From contig OZ360238.1 of NCBI GenBank assembly GCA_977017645.1, forward strand, positions 43,462,001 to 43,505,583: a stretch of 43,583 nucleotides of DNA, written 5' to 3'. This stretch comes from Torpedo marmorata (Eukaryota). Made by a program: the position numbers and the translations under genes. Shown here one piece after another: positions 1 through 12,011 of this stretch. The stretch's first letter is position 1. The number at the start of each line of letters is the position of its first letter. The notes under the pieces were generated by a model. It had not been told where the DNA came from. It made no database searches and saw only the letters and a program-made list of their open reading frames with translations.

Positions 1-60
1 GTTTCAGGTCTGAACCCTTTATCAAGAGTGCTCAAGATTCCAGCATCTGCAGCTTTTGTG
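1..60 (+). mobile_element. Penelope-derived terminal remnant, degraded
   Basis: gtttcaggtctgaacccttTatcaag is the reverse of a hammerhead-like core; ccagcatctgcag resembles the Penelope 3' motifs seen elsewhere in the window. Confidence 0.4.
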
Positions 61-582
61 CTTCTCTATTTTCATTTTCTCTTTGGTGTGAGATTAAAAT
101 ACTAGTATTGCCCACTGAATTTGGACATTCAGCTTCCTATGTTATGTATGCAATCTGATTTCTTGCATTCCTATCATACATGGAATATCATAGTGAACTC
201 AACTGGAGGTAACATTACTTTGCTTTGCCTGAACGAGTGAATGAGAAAGGGCGGGGAAGATGGCAGATTATATCTGGGTTCTTTAAAAAATAGAAATATG
301 TTCCAATTTTGCTTCAGTTATTCTCAGTTACTCACAGTGCCCTAGTTACCCAGTTACAGAAAGTAAGGTTTCTTTCCACATATTCATTTTGGACTGTCCC
401 AGTGACTCAGTCACTAGCACACAGCCAGATGTGGAAGTGAGCCAAGGTCTCTCTTCCCATTCCTGAATGTTGTCAGCTGCACTAACAGTGGGCACAATAA
501 TTATCTTCAATGGTGCTGGATATCGACTGACAAAGAACGGAATCAGCTGGTGTTCCAGTTGCAACAAACATCTCTGCTGAAA

Positions 583-1120
583 GCACACTTGGAATATTGT
601 GTTCAGTTCTGGTCACCTCATTACAGGAAGGATGTGGGAGCTATGGAGAGGGTGCAGAGGAGATTTACCAGGATGTTGCCTGGATTGGAAAATATGTCCA
701 ATGAGGCAAGGTTAGCAGAGCTAGGGCTTTTCTCTTTGGAGCAAAGAAGGATGAGAGGTGACCTAAAAGATATATGCAAAATTATGAGAGGCATATATAG
801 GGTAGACAGCCAGTGCCTTTTTCCCAGGATAGGAATAGCAAACACCAGAAAATATCTCTACAAAGTGAAGGGAGGAAAGTTTAGGGGAGACATCAGGGGT
901 ACGGTTTTTAAACAGAGAGTTGTGGGTGTCTGGAATGCCTTCCCAGGGGTAGTGGTGGAGGCTGGAACAATAGGGGTGTTTAAGAGACTCTTAGACAGGC
1001 ACATGGATGAAAGAAAAATATAGGGAGGGTTTCGTTTTTTTGGGGTAGGTATACATAGGTTGGCACATATCATGGGCCAAAGGGCCTGTACTGTGCTGTA
1101 ATGTACTACATTCTATGTTC
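583..1120 (+). mobile_element. CR1 LINE, 5'-truncated 3' end
   Basis: Translation HLEYCVQFWSPHYRKD...ERVQRRFTRMLPGL...RRMRGDL...RVVGVWNA is the CR1 ORF2 C-terminus; 3' UTR gggcc..gggcctgtactgtgctgta and a ttctatgttc tail. Confidence 0.93.
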
Positions 1121-2469
1121 CATGCATGCGTAGACTGCTTGCAAAGATTGCACTCCTGTGGGTCAAAGCGCTTGTTCCTGTGCTATTCTACCTTTCTATG
1201 CACAGAACATAGTTGAAGGTATTGTTGTATTAACCCATGGCAAAATAGCCTGTTGATTGCTCTCTGGTTCGACTCACACAAGAAGACTTAATGAGACAAG
1301 GTTTATAACCAATGCTCACAGAGACTTCCTGCAACAACTGTCCAGCATATTGATTTAAAAATATAAATTCTTCTCTCTTTACTTAATTTATTCCATATGT
1401 ACTGTGTTCATGTTGTTCCTTCAATTTTCTGAAGTTGCAATAGGCAACTCTATTCTCTGATGTGGAATTGGGAGAACCACAAATCTGTTGTAATCTGATG
1501 AGATAACCAGTTGATAAGGATGTGGAGCCAATCTATTTGCTGACATCATATATGGCTGCACTCTTTAGCAAGTGAAGATGGAGTAGTCAATCACATTTGA
1601 TATATTCAGAATATGCATCCCTTCCTGGGACCGATCATGTGGGGCAGATGCCATTTTTATATTCCACTTTTTTCGTGGGTCTATTTGGGTAAATGTATCC
1701 ATCACCTCCATCCACCTTCCCAAGCCCCTATCTCCATCCCTGACTTACTTCATACACTGCTGGAACCTTTGTCAATGCCTTCGTTATCTCAGTGTTCAAA
1801 TTATCCTGTGAATAGCATTTTACCTCCTCCCTCTGCAAACTTGAGTTCCTGAAAAGCAATGGACTCCACATCCTAACTCGAACTAAAAGCCCCATCCGCA
1901 AATCTCTTGTATCCTGACACACATCTTGTCAGGTTGTACAATTGTTGTTACATTTCTCTTTTGAAAACAATGTGCCCATTTCCCCTTTATGGTCATTGGG
2001 TTTAGCTCTGAACATATTTCAGGTTTAGCCACAGAGAGAGTGTCCCTACGTCCATAATTCCACCATGGATTTCAATATTCTACTGCAATTTATCTGCATT
2101 ATTAATCACAAAATATAAGCACTAAAATGATCAGAAAGTTACATATGTTCCGCCCCAGATTCATAAATTCCTCCAAAATGTATTTATGGTTTCTCTGACT
2201 CTTCTAAAACCAGTGCAGCTTCCTCTCTCCCAAGTCATGCCCCCTCAATGCATGTAATTGCACATTGAGGAATTTCTACCTCGCGGTGTCTCATTGATTT
2301 TCAATATAATTGCAACAACATCTGTTCCCTCCATCTGACATTTGAGTCACCTTCCTGCAGGTAATCTTGCAACATAGTTCCTGTCTCTTATGGTTTTGCA
2401 AGAATTGAGACTTCCATCATAATCTAGCTGAGTTGAGTGTCAAAAGGAAAAGATGGCACAGATGATGAT

Positions 2470-2776
2470 TTATAGATGAGAGGTTAAATTGAGGTCCCAT
2501 CAGCCTGTAAGGGTCAATATAAAAGACGCCGAGGCATTATTCAATAATAAAAAAGCATGAAAATTCTCTCCATTGTCCTGACCAATACTTGCCCCTCACC
2601 AAAACTAATAAATGATAAAAACAAATTTTTGATCATTTTCCCATTGTTTTCATGGGATCTTGCTGAAGGAAAAATCCTAGTGGATTTTTTATATAATAAT
2701 GTTAACTAAACTGTAAAAGAAGTTGTTTTCTTGTAATTGTGCTTTGGGAAGTCCTGAGATTATAACGTGCTCTATC
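2470..2776 (+). mobile_element. DeuSINE (SacSINE1/AmnSINE-like), degraded
   Basis: Deu-domain-like gatgagaggttaaattgaggtccc...gtcctgaccaatacttgcccctca...tgggatcttgctg and tail gctttgggaagtcctgag. Confidence 0.65.
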
Positions 2777-3125
2777 CATCCAATTTATAATTCATCTATC
2801 TTTTGTTCTCTCTTCTTTATTACATTATAGTTTTATACTCTGACTGGCTCTCACAATGAAATAGAATGCCATATCTCTGCACTTTCTCTTAGAAGCCTTC
2901 CACCAACACTGTCATGTGCCTCTAGAAAAGATCTAGAGCTGAAATGAAAGTCGATTGAATTGAAAACACCTGAAGGGCATCATGAAGGTTTCAGCTAAGA
3001 AAACTCGTCCCACAAAGAAATCAGGTTTAGTATCAAATTCTGAACTAGATTTTTACATCTCAAGCCAGATCACAGACAAAACCTTAAGTCCTAGATTGTT
3101 TAATCACAGCATGTAAATTATATAT

Positions 3126-3891
3126 CAGCTCGTTGAATGGTGTAATGACAACAACCTTGAGCTCAACGTCAGCAAAACCAAAGAGATGATTGTGGACTTC
3201 AGGAGGAAGTCAGGGGAACACGACCTAGTCCTCATCGAGGGCTCAGTAGTGGAGAGGGTCAAGAACTTCAAATTCCTGGGTGTCAACATCTCCGAGGATC
3301 TGTCCTGGAGCATCCACGTTGATGCAATCACAAAGAAGGTTCGTTAGCGGCTATGCTTTGTGAGGTGTCTGCGGAGATTCGGTATGTCACCGAAGACTCT
3401 CGTAAACTTCTACAGGTGTACCGTGGAGAGCATTCTGGCTGGTTGCATCACTGCCTGGTATGGAGGCGCCAACTCTCAGGACAAGAATAAACTCCAGAGG
3501 GTTGTTAATTTGGCCTGTGACATCACAGGCACCAAACTTCACTCCATCGAGGACATCTACATGAGGCGGTGTCTTAAAAAAGCAGCCTCTATCCTCAAAG
3601 ACCCCCACCACCCAGGCCATGCCCTCTTCACTCTGCTTCCATCGGAAAAAAGGTACAGGAGCCGAAAGACGAGCACTCAATGGCACAAGGACAGCTTCTT
3701 CCCCGTTGCCATCAGATTCCTGAATAATCAATGAACCAAAGACACTGCCTTACTTTTCGTGCACTATTATTTATAATTTTTATAGTAATGTCGTAAGATG
3801 GTTAATATGAATGTTAATTGCACTATGATGCTGCCGCAAAACACCGAATTTCATGACTTGTTCATGACAATAAATTTTGATTCTGATTCTG
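3126..3891 (+). mobile_element. Rex1/Babar LINE, 5'-truncated
   Basis: ORF 3360-3734 ([32 protein letters not shown]...SFFPVAIRFLN); aataaa then a (gattct)n tail; flanked by atatat at 3120-3125 and 3892-3897; near-identical to 30743-32451. Confidence 0.92.
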
Positions 3892-3962
3892 ATATATTGA
3901 GGAACCAATGAAAAACAGAATACTTTTGATCCAGGATTGTGTAATTAATAAGGGAAGAGTGA

Positions 3963-4482
3963 TCATTGTGTTTAGTTCTGGTCACCTCATTACAGGAAAG
4001 ATGTGGATGCTGTAGAGAGAATTCAGAGGAGATTTACAAGGATGTAACCTGGAATGCAGAGCATGCCTTACGAGGATAGGTTGAGTGAACTGGTCTTTTC
4101 TCTTTGGAGTGATGGTGGATAAGGCCTGATAGAGGTGTACAAGATGATGAGAGGCACTGATTTTGTAGATGGCCAGATGGTTTTTCCCAAGGCTGAAATG
4201 GCTAACACAAGGGGGCATAGTTTTAAGGTGATTGGGAGTAAGTACAGGGGGGATGTAAGAGGTAAGTTCTTCACACAGAGAATGGTGGGTGCATGGAATG
4301 CACTGCTGGCAACGGTAGTGGAGGCAGATACAAAAGGATCTTTTAAAAGATGATTACATAGGTAATGGAACTGAGAAAAATGGAGAGTTATGCAGTAGGA
4401 CAATTCTTGGCAGTTAGAGTAGGTTATCAGATCGGCACAACATTGTGGGCCGAAGAGCCTGTATAGTCTTTATATTTCTATG
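3963..4482 (+). mobile_element. CR1 LINE 3' fragment
   Basis: ttctggtcacctcattacagg...; ORF 4135-4353 NTRGHSFKV...FFTQRMVGAWNAL; gggccgaagagcctgta 3' motif. Confidence 0.9.
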
Positions 4483-4550
4483 AGCAATGTTTTATTATAT
4501 TATACAACTTATTATAAAGATGGAATGTGATTTAGTTCAATCTGAAGGAA

Positions 4551-4850
4551 GGGGCGGCACAGTTTGCGTAGCGGTTAGCGCAATGTCTTTACAGCGCCAG
4601 CGATCGGGACTGGGATTCGAATCCCGTGCTGTCTGTAAGGAGTTTGTACGTTCTCCCCATGTCTGAGTGGGTGTTCTCTGGGGACTCCGGTTTCCTCCAA
4701 CCATTCGAAACGTACCGGGGGTGTAGGTTAATTGAGTTTAAATTGGGCAGCACAGACTCGTGGGCCAAAATGGTCTGTTACCGTACTGTACATCTAAATT
4801 TAAAATTTAAAAAGTTACATCTAAATTTAAATTTAAAATTTAAAATTTAA
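4551..4850 (+). mobile_element. tRNA-derived V-SINE (HE1-like)
   Basis: A-box-like tagcggttagcg, B-box-like gattcgaatcc, V-domain ctgtctgtaaggagtttgtacgttctcccc, CR1-like 3' end, AT-rich tail. Confidence 0.88.
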
Positions 4851-4984
4851 GGGTCTTGAATCAAAGTAAACTACAGATGCAGACAACATGAATTGGCAAT
4901 GATAGACTCCAAATTATATCATACAGTATGCAAACAATGATTAACATTTAAAGAGTTTTCCATAGTTTACAGAAGTGCCAACAC

Positions 4985-6590
4985 AAATTTATGAAAAGGA
5001 AATCTCGTTTGTCAAATCTGTTAGTATCTTTTGTGGTTGTAACTAATAGGATAGATAAGGAGGAACCAATAGTTATTGTGTATTTGAATTTTCAAATATT
5101 TTTTGGCAGGTGCTAAACAAGATTTATTAAATAATGTTATTCATGGAATTAAGGTGTTATATGAACTGGTTAAACAAGGGCAAACGGAGAGTGTGGATGA
5201 ATGGGTAATTTTGGGTTGGGAAGCTGTAACTAGTCATATACACAGGGATCATTGCTGAGTCTCCAGCTGTTCACAATCTATAGCAACGTTTGAATGAAGC
5301 GAGTAGATGTAACATATTCATGTTTGCAAATGTTACATAGCTGGGGACAAGGATACAGAGAAGCTTCAGGGGGATGTAGACAGGCTAATTCAAGATTCAA
5401 GATTCAAGATTCAATTTATTGTCATAGTAATAAAACAGTGTCATATTCCATGAAATTTCTTTTTGCCTGCTGCAAGGCAGACAGATTCGCCACTGGAAGA
5501 AATTGCCTAAGCGCCTCTTACATTCCTTACAGTCAGAGAAAGAGAAGCAAAAGAGAGTCCCCCCCCCCCCAGAGTCACCGAGTGTCCGTAGATTCGCCTC
5601 CAGCGCTTCCGCAGCCTCTGCAGCCACACAGAGTCCAGTCCAAACCATCGGCAACCCGAGCTCCAGATCCGAACCTCCGACACGGTCAGGAACCCTTCGG
5701 CGCCCTCGGCTCCACCTCGCATCCCGGTTCCGATACCTGGTACTCCTCCAGCCAGTTCGAGCCAGCCTCCTGCAGTCCGCAGCCCAGCGTGAGTCCCCTG
5801 ACAGCAGTCTCCAGCAGCCCACAGCCTCCGCGGGTTCCTCGCCTCGAGTCGCCAGCAGCCCGCCGCATGCACTGGTCCTTCAGCCTCAGAGCCCCTCACT
5901 GGTCCGCCGCCGTGGTCACCGTCCCGTGGGTCGTCTCCTTCGCTTCTCCTTCTCAGACGGGGGTGATCTTTCCGTCCTCTGGTGCCCTGCTCCAGTCCCC
6001 CGCTTCCCTGGAGTCTGCAGCCCCTCGTGGCTGCTGCCAATTAATTGGCGCTGCCATCTTGGGCGCAGACCCCGCGGTCGTGGGATCTCAAATAAAACCA
6101 CTGTCGGCTCCCTCAACGGGCCGTTCAAAAATTGAATGGGTGACAAATGGAAAAATGGAATAAAGAATAGAAAATGTGAAATAATCCACTGTTGTTGAAA
6201 AAAGTAAAAATCAATTATTTTTTAATGGTGACCGATTGAAAGTTGTTGGTGTTCTGAGCACCCTGGATAACCTTCTACAAGAAATACTAAATGTTAATGT
6301 TGAGGTACAGCAAGCAATCAGGAACCCAAATGTAAAGTTCCTTTACATTACAAAAATTTCTTCACCAGAAGTCAGTGATTTTTTAAAAAATTCTCTGCCC
6401 AAGAGAGCTGGGTAGTCTCAGTTGCTAAGTATTTGCAAGACAAAGATTGGATGTTAAGGGAATCAAGAGATTTTGGATCAGTCAAGGAAAGTGTTGTAAC
6501 TGTAAAAAATCAGTTATGATCTTATTAAATGCAGGAGCTCATGGGAAGGACTAATAGAATCTGTTCCTGCCTCTATTTTGAGCATATGTC
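4985..6590 (+). mobile_element. Old degraded CR1 RT region, split by the insertion at 5391-6129
   Basis: aaaggaaatctcgtttgtcaaatctgttag...gtgtatttgaattttcaa resembles KGKSCLTNLL...VYLDFQ; resumes at gaatggg...aaatgtgaaataatccac (W...KCEIIH) after 6130. Confidence 0.7.
5391..6129 (-). mobile_element. GC-rich non-autonomous retroposon with Rex-like 3' tail
   Basis: Minus strand ends atgacaataaatt(gaatctt)n; aagatggcagcg near the 5' end; aatt flanks at 5387-5390 and 6130-6133; homologous copy at 27100-27420; no RT-like ORF. Confidence 0.8.
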
Positions 6591-7415
6591 CTTATTTCAA
6601 TTGATTATGTTCATTCAGATTTGAATTTAGCTTTTAAGGTTAAGTCAATTCCTGTGTACTGTGCTGTTGGTCTCTCTCCTATGCTCATCCTCTTGATTTT
6701 TTCCTATTTAATCACCTTCACTCATTCTTATTTTACTCTCAGATGCAATGAAATAAGGTCATGTCTAGTGTACGTTTTGGTTAGGTTGCTTCAGTTCTAT
6801 GATTCCACAATGGGAGCATGGAAAACTGGATTTCTCTTAGGGGCAGCATAAATTCAATGGGCCAAATGTCCTTCCATACCATAATAATTCTATAATACTA
6901 TGATTTAGTTTTATATCATACTGGATAGGAAGTCTGCAAGACTTTGAAAACTACTCTGAATTTCCTTTGTCTTGTATTTTCCTGATCTGCAGAACTTGTC
7001 CAACTCTAATAATATGTGCCTAAACTGTTATTAATAACTTTTATCATTGTCTTTTGCAATGCTAGGAGTTGAGATATGTCCAGAGTGAACTTTCTGAAGT
7101 CCTTTTCAGGAATCATTTTCTCTGACTGTGAGTTTATTACTTTCCCCTCTTTCATACTGAGAGAAAATCTTGTTCTCCCTCTTCCCTCTCAAACATGGTG
7201 CTAATGGTCCTTTCTTTGCGCCATTCCTTGTCACATGGAGCACTTGACAATGACCCAGGGTTCTAGGATGCATTGGAACTTTACCACATTCAACATGGGT
7301 CCTATTTCTAGGTTTCTCTCCTGTTATTTCTGGAAGTAGAATATGGGGAGGGGAGGGGGGGGTGTTATTCCCAAATTGGCTATGATGCCTTCTTGCATTT
7401 CCCCACCCACAGTTG

Positions 7416-7656
7416 CAGCCATTCTCAACAGGGGCCTTACCCCCCACCCCCCACCCCCCACCCCCGGGGACAGCAGCACATTAAAGGGAGGACACAGACT
7501 GAAATCATAAAATATTTTTTATGTTTTCTATGTAGTTGGTAGGAGAGAAGTACAGAAGAAACCAACTAAACTTGACTGCTTCACAGGGAAGGGGGCCCAT
7601 AAATTTTGAGCAGTCCTAAGGAGACCATAGCCACAAAAAAAGGTTGAGAATGGCTG
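7416..7656. mobile_element. MITE, hAT/Charlie-like
   Basis: Perfect 14-bp TIRs cagccattctcaac / gttgagaatggctg; the 8-bp flanks do not match, so no TSD is confirmed. Confidence 0.7.
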
Positions 7657-8100
7657 TTTTAAAGGTATCATATGGGCTTCCTTTGTTATTTCTTGAGAGG
7701 TTCGCAGCAGAGCTGATTTCATTATTCCTTCTTTGCAAAGATGTTTCTTTGCATGAAACATGGGTTGGAAGTTACCATTGCTCCATGATAATTTTGGCTG
7801 CAATGCATGGAAAAGTAAATCAATGGATCAGTGAATTCACAACCCATACCCTGTGGGAATGCATTGGAAAGACCCAATAGTGAAATTGGCCTTTGTCTGT
7901 CCAGAATAAATGTTTCACTGATTGTTTATTCATAGTTTAGATCTCATTTCTCAAAAAGCTTATAATCCCACAGTACATTCACATGATATTTTGCCATACA
8001 GTGATGAATGTTCAGCCGGAGCTGTAATAGAATGCACAAGGTTGCTCCCTACTTCTTGTTTTCATTAATTCAACTCGTCTTTTGACAGATGTGTGTCCAT

Positions 8101-8716
8101 AGGCCCTTTTATAGTGAAAATTAGCGATTTGTTAAGACAGGTTTCCTCTGCCTTTAAATCGCTCCACTTACCTCCATAGAAGGTCCAGAGGAGGATTGGC
8201 TGGTCCAACTAGCTCCTCGTTCCTTCCGCCTAGGGTGGTAGTGTTAGAGGTGGAACAAAGTACCTCCACCTCCTCCGTAAAAGGATTGCCGCTGAAAGTC
8301 GCTCAAAAGGGGAGGGCTGATGATGTCGCGATGACGTCGTCAGCCCACGACCAAAGAGCATGAATTTTAAAGAACCCATATGGTCAAAAAGGGCAATTAT
8401 GTTGCACAGAAGATCTGCCTGAGTCCTAAGACTGCTTGCACAGATCTCCACTAGCGCTCGTACGTGCTCTTCAGTTGCCATTTTGAGTATAGGCCACTTT
8501 CCCTTCCCGGCGCGTATGTTTCACATCACGGTGGCGGGCGGCGCTACTGCACTACTCGACCCGCCTCCTTCAGCTTCGGAAGCCGGCTCTCGAATTACCC
8601 TGCATAAAAGCACTGCGCGATCCACATTTTCCGTCGTCAGCATAAAAGGTAAATTCGCCTTTTTTAAAAAAAAACTTGAGCAGCCGATAACGCGGTTTTT
8701 GAGCATAAAAACCCCT
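8101..8716. mobile_element. Probable Harbinger/PIF-derived non-autonomous element
   Basis: CpG-rich block; imperfect TIRs aggccctttta / taaaaacccct; repeated gcataaaa subterminal motifs; termini resemble the MITEs at 21662 and 26325. Confidence 0.4.
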
Positions 8717-11700
8717 AAGGTATGAAAGAAGTATCTTTCCAATTTAATCCATTGAGGTTTTCTACTTTCTCCCCTCATTATCATTTCACTGAATAAAGAC
8801 GTGTTCTCAAATTCCTCACCCTGTAACAATACCAATCCTCAGTTTCTGCTTTTGTCCACACCCAAAGCAATTCTACCTCTTTCAATCATTTTATCCTCTC
8901 ACCACACAGAACTTGAATTCATGTTGTTGGCAACAGTAAATGAAACCATTATGCGCGCATATCAGTCTGCATTTCTACTCTTTGTGGATCATGGAGTCAC
9001 TGCTTTCTGTCATCTGATTGTTTTCAGACTCTCTCATATAATTTTCCAGAATCTTTGGATGATTCATCTGAAACAGATCATCTCTGTTGTACAATGGTTG
9101 AATGGGATTGTACTAAAATAGATTTAGGCATACTAACGCAAAGAGAACATCATTTGTAATTGCTTCTCTGAGAGTTTCTACCATCCCCCCTTGCTTAATC
9201 TATTTTCCCCAAAACTATCCCCACCAGACCTCAAAGTCTCAATTATAATTAACGCACACAAACACATCTAGCATCACACCATTCCCTCCCTCAACGTCCC
9301 CTACCACTCCCCACCCTTGACCCCTTTGCATTCCAATAAATGACTATTTGGAGAAGGTCAACAAAGGCTAGGAGATCAGATCATTTGGGGAGAAACTGGT
9401 TCTTGTAGCTGTGCACTCAATGACAAGGAATAAAGAGAGAAAATAGAATAACGAGGGAGAGGAGAAATAACATCTTGATGTTGGGTTAGACATGAATGCT
9501 TTGTTGCAGGAAGTGGTGGAGGCAGAGCCATTCCTCCTCTCAATTGAAGAATGGGTATGTTTGAATTAAAGGATTAGTAGAACAGAGACGGACAAATCAG
9601 GGTAGTAGAATTAGCTTTGCAAAGGACAAACATGAAATTGAAAGTGGACTCATTCTGTGATTATGTGTTAATAGTTTGAACAACATAACCTAAGAGCTAA
9701 CAGTGCAAGGTGTGGTCTCAACCACATTGCTTGAATTTTGTCTTTGATACACCATTGTTGTCCCATTGTTTATTGAACAAGGTTAAATTCTATTTATATT
9801 TCTGCATATTTTCTTACCCTTTGCATTTTGTGGTGTAACTCAAAAGTTGCAAAACTAAATGTTTTTAAAGAAAAGTTCCCATGTACGTGCCTTCAAATTA
9901 AAATTAAAACATGTATATGCACAATCTTTGACGTGGAACATTTTGTCAAAATGATTTGGCTTTATCATTTCAACCTCAAATTTATTAGAAACATTTTCCA
10001 AGTATTCACCACAGGTAGAGTGCCACATTTCTCCTTGAATTTGTTTTAACTCAGATGACATGACAGGAAAGATTTGCAGCTTTGAAAGACCATTGATTCC
10101 ATAAGCCAAAGATTGCAATCAACAGTCTGATTTAATTAACAAAGGTCCCTAACAAAGTGTAATACAGACTATTTTATGACAGTTAGAATCTCTTATTTCC
10201 CTGAAAAGTTTGGTGGAATTTAAATGACCCCTTTCCTGCCTTTTCGGAACAGTGCGGAGATGGATTATTATGCACACGCAAATGGAAATTTGTACTGAAA
10301 GGAAATTGCACATAGACTCAAATGAATAATCAAAGTTGTTAGATTACGTGCAAAGAAAACAGAAGGTCATTTCCCCACTCTCCTCCATTTCAAAACTGAT
10401 ATTTTTACGTCAGTAGTGATTAGGTATTAACATTTGAAGTCAGTGTTTGTGTGAAGTTGCTGTATTAGTTTCACTTATAACGATGTACTAAAATTCCATT
10501 TACTCTCTCACCAATATCTGAAATTGATATATTAAGCCTTGCAAGCTAATTTTTTAAAAATATTTTATTTAAAATTTTAAATCACATGATAATACATGTT
10601 TATAAAATACAAAATTATCAGAATACATGTGAAATATTTTCACCCTCCCCTCCCTCCCTTACCCCTCCCTAACCCACCCACCCCTACTACTCTAATAATA
10701 TAGAAAGAAAGAAAAAAAAGAATAGATTTTTTTTTATTGTGGAACACAGGTTCGCCAGTCAGACCTGATACCGAGAGATCCTCAAATCCTTAAACCCACA
10801 ATCTTTATATATGGGCTCCATAAGAAATTATATTTATTACGTAAATTATAAGTTTTTTTTTTAAGTGGTATACATGAACGAAGTTCTGCATGCCATCTTT
10901 CTCACCCTAAATCTACATCAGACTTCCATGTAATAGCAATGCATTTCTTTGAAACAGCCAAAGCAATTCGCAAAAATTCTATTTGATACATATTTAATCT
11001 CATTTTAATACTAATTTGTTTAATATCTCCAAACAAAAATATCATAGGATTCATTGGGAGTGTAATTCTTAATACTTTGTCTAAAAACTTATTAACTTTC
11101 AGCCAAAAAGCATGTATCTTTGGACAAAGCCACGTAGAATGTACAAAAGAGCCTTCCTCTCTATTACATCTAAAACATAAATCTGATAATCTCGAGTTAA
11201 ATGTCTTTAGTTTCTTAGGCGTTAAATATAATTGATGCAAAAAGTTGTATTGCACTAACCTATATCTAACATTAATAATTTTCCTCATACTTTGTTTACA
11301 TATTTCTTTCCAATGTTCTTCATCGATTGTTATGTTCAAATCTGATTCCCATTTTAATCTTGATTTATGAATTCCTGGTTTAGGCATTTTTTTCTGTAAC
11401 AATCTATACATTTGAGAAATAAATTTATTTATACCCACATTAGTAACTAATAATTCCAATTCACTTTGTCTTGGTAAAATTAAACTATGACCTAACTTTT
11501 CAACTAAAAATGTTCTTATTTGATAATAAGCAAAAAGTGTATCATTTAATACATTAAACTTCTCTTTCATTCTTTGAAAAGTAATACATTTACTAGCTTC
11601 AAAACAATCATTCACTTTGTTAATCCCTTTTTGAAACCAAATTTTAACAATTGATTATCAATAGTAAATGGGATAAGTTTATTTTGATATAAAGGCATTT

Positions 11701-12011
11701 TACAAGAAATTAACCCTTTCCCTCCTATCTCCCCATCCACTTTATTCCATATTTCTAACAAATGTTTTAAAATAAGAGAATATTTACCTCCCCTTAATAG
11801 TAATTTAGATTTCCATTTATAAATAACATCTTCTTTTGATTCCTCTCCTATATTATTTAATTCTATTCTATTCCAAGCAGAAAATTTTTCTGAATCAAAC
11901 ATTTCATGAATGAATTTTAATTGAGCTGCCTTATAATAATTTTGAAAATTGGGAAGTTGTTAACCACCCATTTCATAATTCCAAGTTAATTTCTCCATAG
12001 CTACTCTGGCC

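Noticed and set aside
1440-2400. Possible very old minus-strand retroelement, also at about 7000-9100
   Set aside because: Only faint coding-like texture; no motif I can assign with confidence.
4551-4630. tRNA gene
   Set aside because: The A/B-box region continues into a V-domain and LINE-like tail, so it is a SINE head.
5294-6163. Overlapping 140-290-aa ORFs
   Set aside because: GC-rich repeat lacking stop codons; ORFs cross element boundaries and show no domain.
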